From an uncultured delta proteobacterium (GTDB lineage: Bacteria > Myxococcota_A > Polyangia > Fen-1088): a stretch of 64,000 nucleotides of DNA. Of this stretch, positions 60,788 to 64,000 are shown one piece after another. Under the pieces are notes generated by a model. That model saw only the letters and a list, made by a program, of their open reading frames with translations. It made no database searches and was not told the DNA's origin. How positions within the stretch are numbered: position 1 is the first letter of the stretch; each line of letters opens with the position of its first letter. The stretch lies in contig CAVWIP010000007.1 in NCBI GenBank assembly GCA_963755125.1, positions 1 through 64,000 of the forward strand. The letters run 5' to 3'. Position numbers and translations under genes: made by a program.

Positions 60788-60951
60788 TCACTCTTCATCT
60801 GCGAAGAAGTCCTCGTCGATAGCGAACGACTCGTAAATCCTCTTCACCGCCACCCCGAGTCCGCATCGTAGCATTAGATCGCCGACGCCTTGGCCATCGC
60901 AGTCAGCTTCAGGAGCGGCAGAAGGATCGACTGGAAGTCCGGCAGCGACAT
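60788..60951 (-). pseudogene. mrr: Mrr-family restriction endonuclease remnant with large internal deletion
   Basis: ATG 60951 reads MSLPDFQSILLPLLKL (Mrr N-terminus). A shifted frame then reads DGQGVGDLMLRCGLGVAVKRIYESFAIDEDFFADEE* (Mrr C-terminus). Total 164 bp. Confidence 0.75.
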
Positions 60952-61195
60952 TGGAGCAGTCTATCGGAACTAGGCGGGCCTTGCTATGCACCCTCCTTTT
61001 CAATGTTCCGCCGCCAATTTTTCTGAGTCAGCCATCTCATACACCGATCCGTCCTTGCGGCCTCCCGTCCCCGTTAACGACCTCGTCCCTGGCTCGTGCT
61101 CCGAATCCCAGAGGCGCAAGAAAGGCTAGCCCGGCGCCGCCAAGATGGGCGATGCTTGGATGGCCGGCCTGAAGTACTGACCCCGGAGCGACGAG

Positions 61196-62869
61196 TTGAA
61201 TCTGCTTACATCCTGGCGACCGAGCGAGCTACCCGATTCCTGGGCGCCGACCCACGGTTGGGCGCTGGCGCGCGCGCTGGCCGTGGTCGCCATCCTGGTG
61301 GTAGCGGGCTTCGTCGCGCTCGAACGTCCCTGGGTGACCCGCCGGCTGTCGGTCGCGGCCCGGCGGCTGGGACGGCGGGTGCTGCTGGGCGTGCTCGGCG
61401 TTTCGGCCGTGCTGGCGGTGGCCACCTACGTCGACTTCGGCGTGTTTCGCTACGGCACGTATCTGAACGAGTGGGACTTTTACCACTACTACGTGGGAAC
61501 CAAGTACGCCCACGAGCTGGGCTACACCAACCTCTACGGCGCCACGCTGGTCGCCGACCACGAAGGCGGCTTGCGCTACCACAACCCGCGCCACGAGATA
61601 CGTGACCTCGCGACGGCCGAACTTCGCGACGTTGGTGAAGTGGCGGGCGAAGCAGCCCGCTATCGGGGCCGATTTAGCGATACACGCTGGCGCGAGTTCG
61701 TCGCGGACATCACCTGGTTCAAGATGCAGCTCCCCCCGAATCGCTGGAGCCTGATCCTGGCCGACCATGGCTACAATGGCACGCCGGCCTGGACGTTCGT
61801 GGTGGGCGGCCTTGTCACCCGCCACCTCTCCGTGCGCAATCCGGTCAGCCGGTGGCTCATGCTGGCCTTGGATCCCCTGCTCCTGCTTGCGGCCTCGCTG
61901 GCCGTGGCTTGGGCTTTTGGCCTGCGCACGGCGCTCCTGCTGGTCGTCTTCGTCGGCACCCACTACCTGCTGTCGTGGGGTCACCTCAAGGGCGCGCTGC
62001 TGCGTACCGATTTCGCCATGGCTTCGGTGCTGGCCGTGTGTCTGGTCAAGCAGCGCTACTACAAGATCGCCGGTGTGCTGCTAGGCTGGGCCATCCTGTC
62101 GCGCATCTTCCCGGCCTTTTTGCTGATCGGACCGACCGTACTTTTGCTGGGACGGCTCGCTCGAAGCCGCAGCATCGATCGACAGCTGCTGGGATTGCTG
62201 GGCGCCTGCGCCGCAACCGTGACCCTGGGGATGCTGGGATCCTGCGCGTATTTTGGCACGACGGGGATCTGGCGCGAGTGGAGCCTCAAGATCGCGACCC
62301 ACTATTCGGGTGGCAGCGATTGGGATCTCGGCTATCGGACCCTCGCCGAAGCGAGCTTCGTGAACGGCGTTCCCGCGCGGGCCGTCGTGCATGCGGTTGT
62401 GCAGAGCCCGGCGTTGTTTCTCGGCAGGCCAGCAACCGTCGTGGCCATGCTCTTGGTCTTGCCCGCGCTCACCTTCATCCGCGGTTTGGCAGACCACGAG
62501 GCCCTGGCCTACGGTTTCGTGTTCGTGTTTCTGTTTGCCCTGGCGGCCTACTACTACTACCTAGTGCTCTGCGTGCCCTTGCTCTTCTTCGCTCCCCAAC
62601 TGGAGCGACCGCAGCACGCCCTAGGCGTGGCCTGCATGTTCTTCACGGGCATCGTGGGCTATGTGCTGTTCAGCGGCTGGCCCCCGCTGGCCGGGTCGTG
62701 GGTGATGTTCCGCGGCTGGCGCCAGACCTTCCCGACCTACTACTTCCTCTGCTACTTTTTCACCGTGACGGTCGCCCAGATGATCCTGTTGGCCGGGAGC
62801 AAGACCTTGCGCGCCGAGCGCCGCCCATCCGGTGGCAGCCCGCAGCCGTCGGTCCCGGAGCCCCGGTAG
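61196..62869 (+). CDS. Polytopic membrane protein, probable GT-C-fold glycosyltransferase-like
   Basis: About 11 TM segments; large loop with WDFYHYYVGTKY and DHGYNGTPAW; TTG start after GGAG. Family assignment is inference. Confidence 0.7.
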   Translation: MNLLTSWRPSELPDSWAPTHGWALARALAVVAILVVAGFVALERPWVTRRLSVAARRLGRRVLLGVLGVSAVLAVATYVDFGVFRYGTYLNEWDFYHYYVGTKYAHELGYTNLYGATLVADHEGGLRYHNPRHEIRDLATAELRDVGEVAGEAARYRGRFSDTRWREFVADITWFKMQLPPNRWSLILADHGYNGTPAWTFVVGGLVTRHLSVRNPVSRWLMLALDPLLLLAASLAVAWAFGLRTALLLVVFVGTHYLLSWGHLKGALLRTDFAMASVLAVCLVKQRYYKIAGVLLGWAILSRIFPAFLLIGPTVLLLGRLARSRSIDRQLLGLLGACAATVTLGMLGSCAYFGTTGIWREWSLKIATHYSGGSDWDLGYRTLAEASFVNGVPARAVVHAVVQSPALFLGRPATVVAMLLVLPALTFIRGLADHEALAYGFVFVFLFALAAYYYYLVLCVPLLFFAPQLERPQHALGVACMFFTGIVGYVLFSGWPPLAGSWVMFRGWRQTFPTYYFLCYFFTVTVAQMILLAGSKTLRAERRPSGGSPQPSVPEPR

Positions 62870-62883
62870 ATCTTCTCACGCGG

Positions 62884-64000
62884 TTACGGCTTCTTCGCCG
62901 AGTGGACCTCGCTGCCAAATACCGACGACAGAGCCATCGTCTTTGACGACCGGCCCGCCAGGGCCTCCTTTGCCGCATGCACCACGTCCGGATTGGGGCT
63001 CTTGCTGAGTTGCTGCAGAACCTTGTGGGCTCTGGCCGAGCCCAGTCGCCCGAGCGCCGAGATGGCCGTGATGAGTATGTCGGCCGGCGGGGCTTGACGG
63101 CCGAGCAGACGCCCGAAGAACCCGATGGGCTTGACCAACCGACAGAGGGCGTCGTCGGCGTCGATGGCGGCGAGCGCGATGGCCTGCCGCCGGCTCACCA
63201 CCACTTCGATGGCCGCGCGCACGACAGGAGGCGACGCCCCGCGCGCGTCGTGTGAGATGAGTTGGATGGCGTGCGGGACGATCTTAGCGCTGCCGACGCC
63301 GGTGTGGGCGCACAGGAGCAAGGCCCGAATGCGCACGCTCTCGTCGGGATCGGACAGGGCCTCGGCGACATGGCCTTCGGCCACCCTGGGGTTGGCCTCT
63401 GCCAAAGCGGTCAGGGCATAACGCCGCACCTTGGGCGATGCGTGTTTGAGCTGCTTGACGAACACGGACGCCGCCTCGGGCCCGGCGCCTTCCTTCACGC
63501 AGGCGAGCAGGAGGTAGGTCGCTTCTTCATTTTCCACGCCCGCGTCGAGCGCGCGCAAAGCCGCCGCCACCCCGCGTGCCTTCATCTCGGTCAGGACCCA
63601 TGCCCCGGCCTCGCGCAGCTTGGGCTCGCCCTGCGCGACCACCGCCGCTGTGGAGTCGGCGGCTACCTCTTTCCCCTCTTCCAGCAGCGCGACGATGCCG
63701 TGCCGGCCAGCAGGATCGTCGGGGAAGCTGGCCAGGATGGCTTCCAGGGTGGGCTCGTCGAACACGCCTGCAATGGCCTTGGCATTCGTGATGCGCAGGC
63801 GCATGAGGATGGCGTTGGCCTCCACGAAACGACGACTGGAAAGGGCGTAGCGCATCGCCTTTTGCAGCAGCCGCACCGGATCGATGTTGGCGCTGCCGGC
63901 GGGAGGCTCGGTCGACGCCCGCTTCTGCAGGGCCTCGACCCAGGTTTCGGCCAGCACCCACTCTTGCAGGTCGGGTGGCAGGCGTGTGATGGGGACCACG
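62884..64000 (-). CDS. HEAT-repeat protein (partial, 5' end outside window)
   Basis: LKHASPKVRRYAL..L, LSDPDESVRIRA, SPNPDVVHAAKEAL. Confidence 0.8.
   Translation of the reverse strand, partial: VVPITRLPPDLQEWVLAETWVEALQKRASTEPPAGSANIDPVRLLQKAMRYALSSRRFVEANAILMRLRITNAKAIAGVFDEPTLEAILASFPDDPAGRHGIVALLEEGKEVAADSTAAVVAQGEPKLREAGAWVLTEMKARGVAAALRALDAGVENEEATYLLLACVKEGAGPEAASVFVKQLKHASPKVRRYALTALAEANPRVAEGHVAEALSDPDESVRIRALLLCAHTGVGSAKIVPHAIQLISHDARGASPPVVRAAIEVVVSRRQAIALAAIDADDALCRLVKPIGFFGRLLGRQAPPADILITAISALGRLGSARAHKVLQQLSKSPNPDVVHAAKEALAGRSSKTMALSSVFGSEVHSAKKP

Noticed and set aside
60788..61003. 71-aa ORF as an intact gene
   Set aside because: Only its C-terminal half matches Mrr; the Mrr N-terminus is in another frame, so it is treated as a pseudogene.

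Overview
High-GC bacterial chromosome segment. Gene content points to Myxococcota, probably Polyangia-like: CdnL, pilB-pilT-pilC-pilS, a eukaryotic-like Ser/Thr kinase, a TSP3-OmpA protein and needle-less T3SS parts. The window spans the replication origin. dnaA-dnaN-recF-gyrB run leftward and rpmH-rnpA-yidD-yidC run rightward, with a candidate oriC between dnaA and dnaN and a parS site at the end of rsmG. Most genes are housekeeping: obgE, rpmA, rplU, hisD, proABC, mutM, rsmA, tsaD, biotin genes, trmB, uvrB, thiE, lysA. Less ordinary items: (1) a complete IS4-family element (13-bp IRs, 9-bp target duplication) that carries a perfect DnaA box and sits just upstream of the rplU -35 box; (2) a lone SctV with a shortened cytoplasmic domain and a distant SctO/FliJ-like gene; (3) a BioA-BioD fusion in reverse of the order known from plants and fungi; (4) an RluA-family gene with no canonical start codon, in frame behind the UAG of an RRM gene; (5) remnants of an Mrr nuclease and a four-helix-bundle gene; (6) several probable leaderless promoters; (7) two GT-C-like membrane proteins. 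I recognised no rRNA, tRNA or CRISPR array. Everything was read by eye with no database searches, and I cannot establish a new multi-gene system from this window alone.
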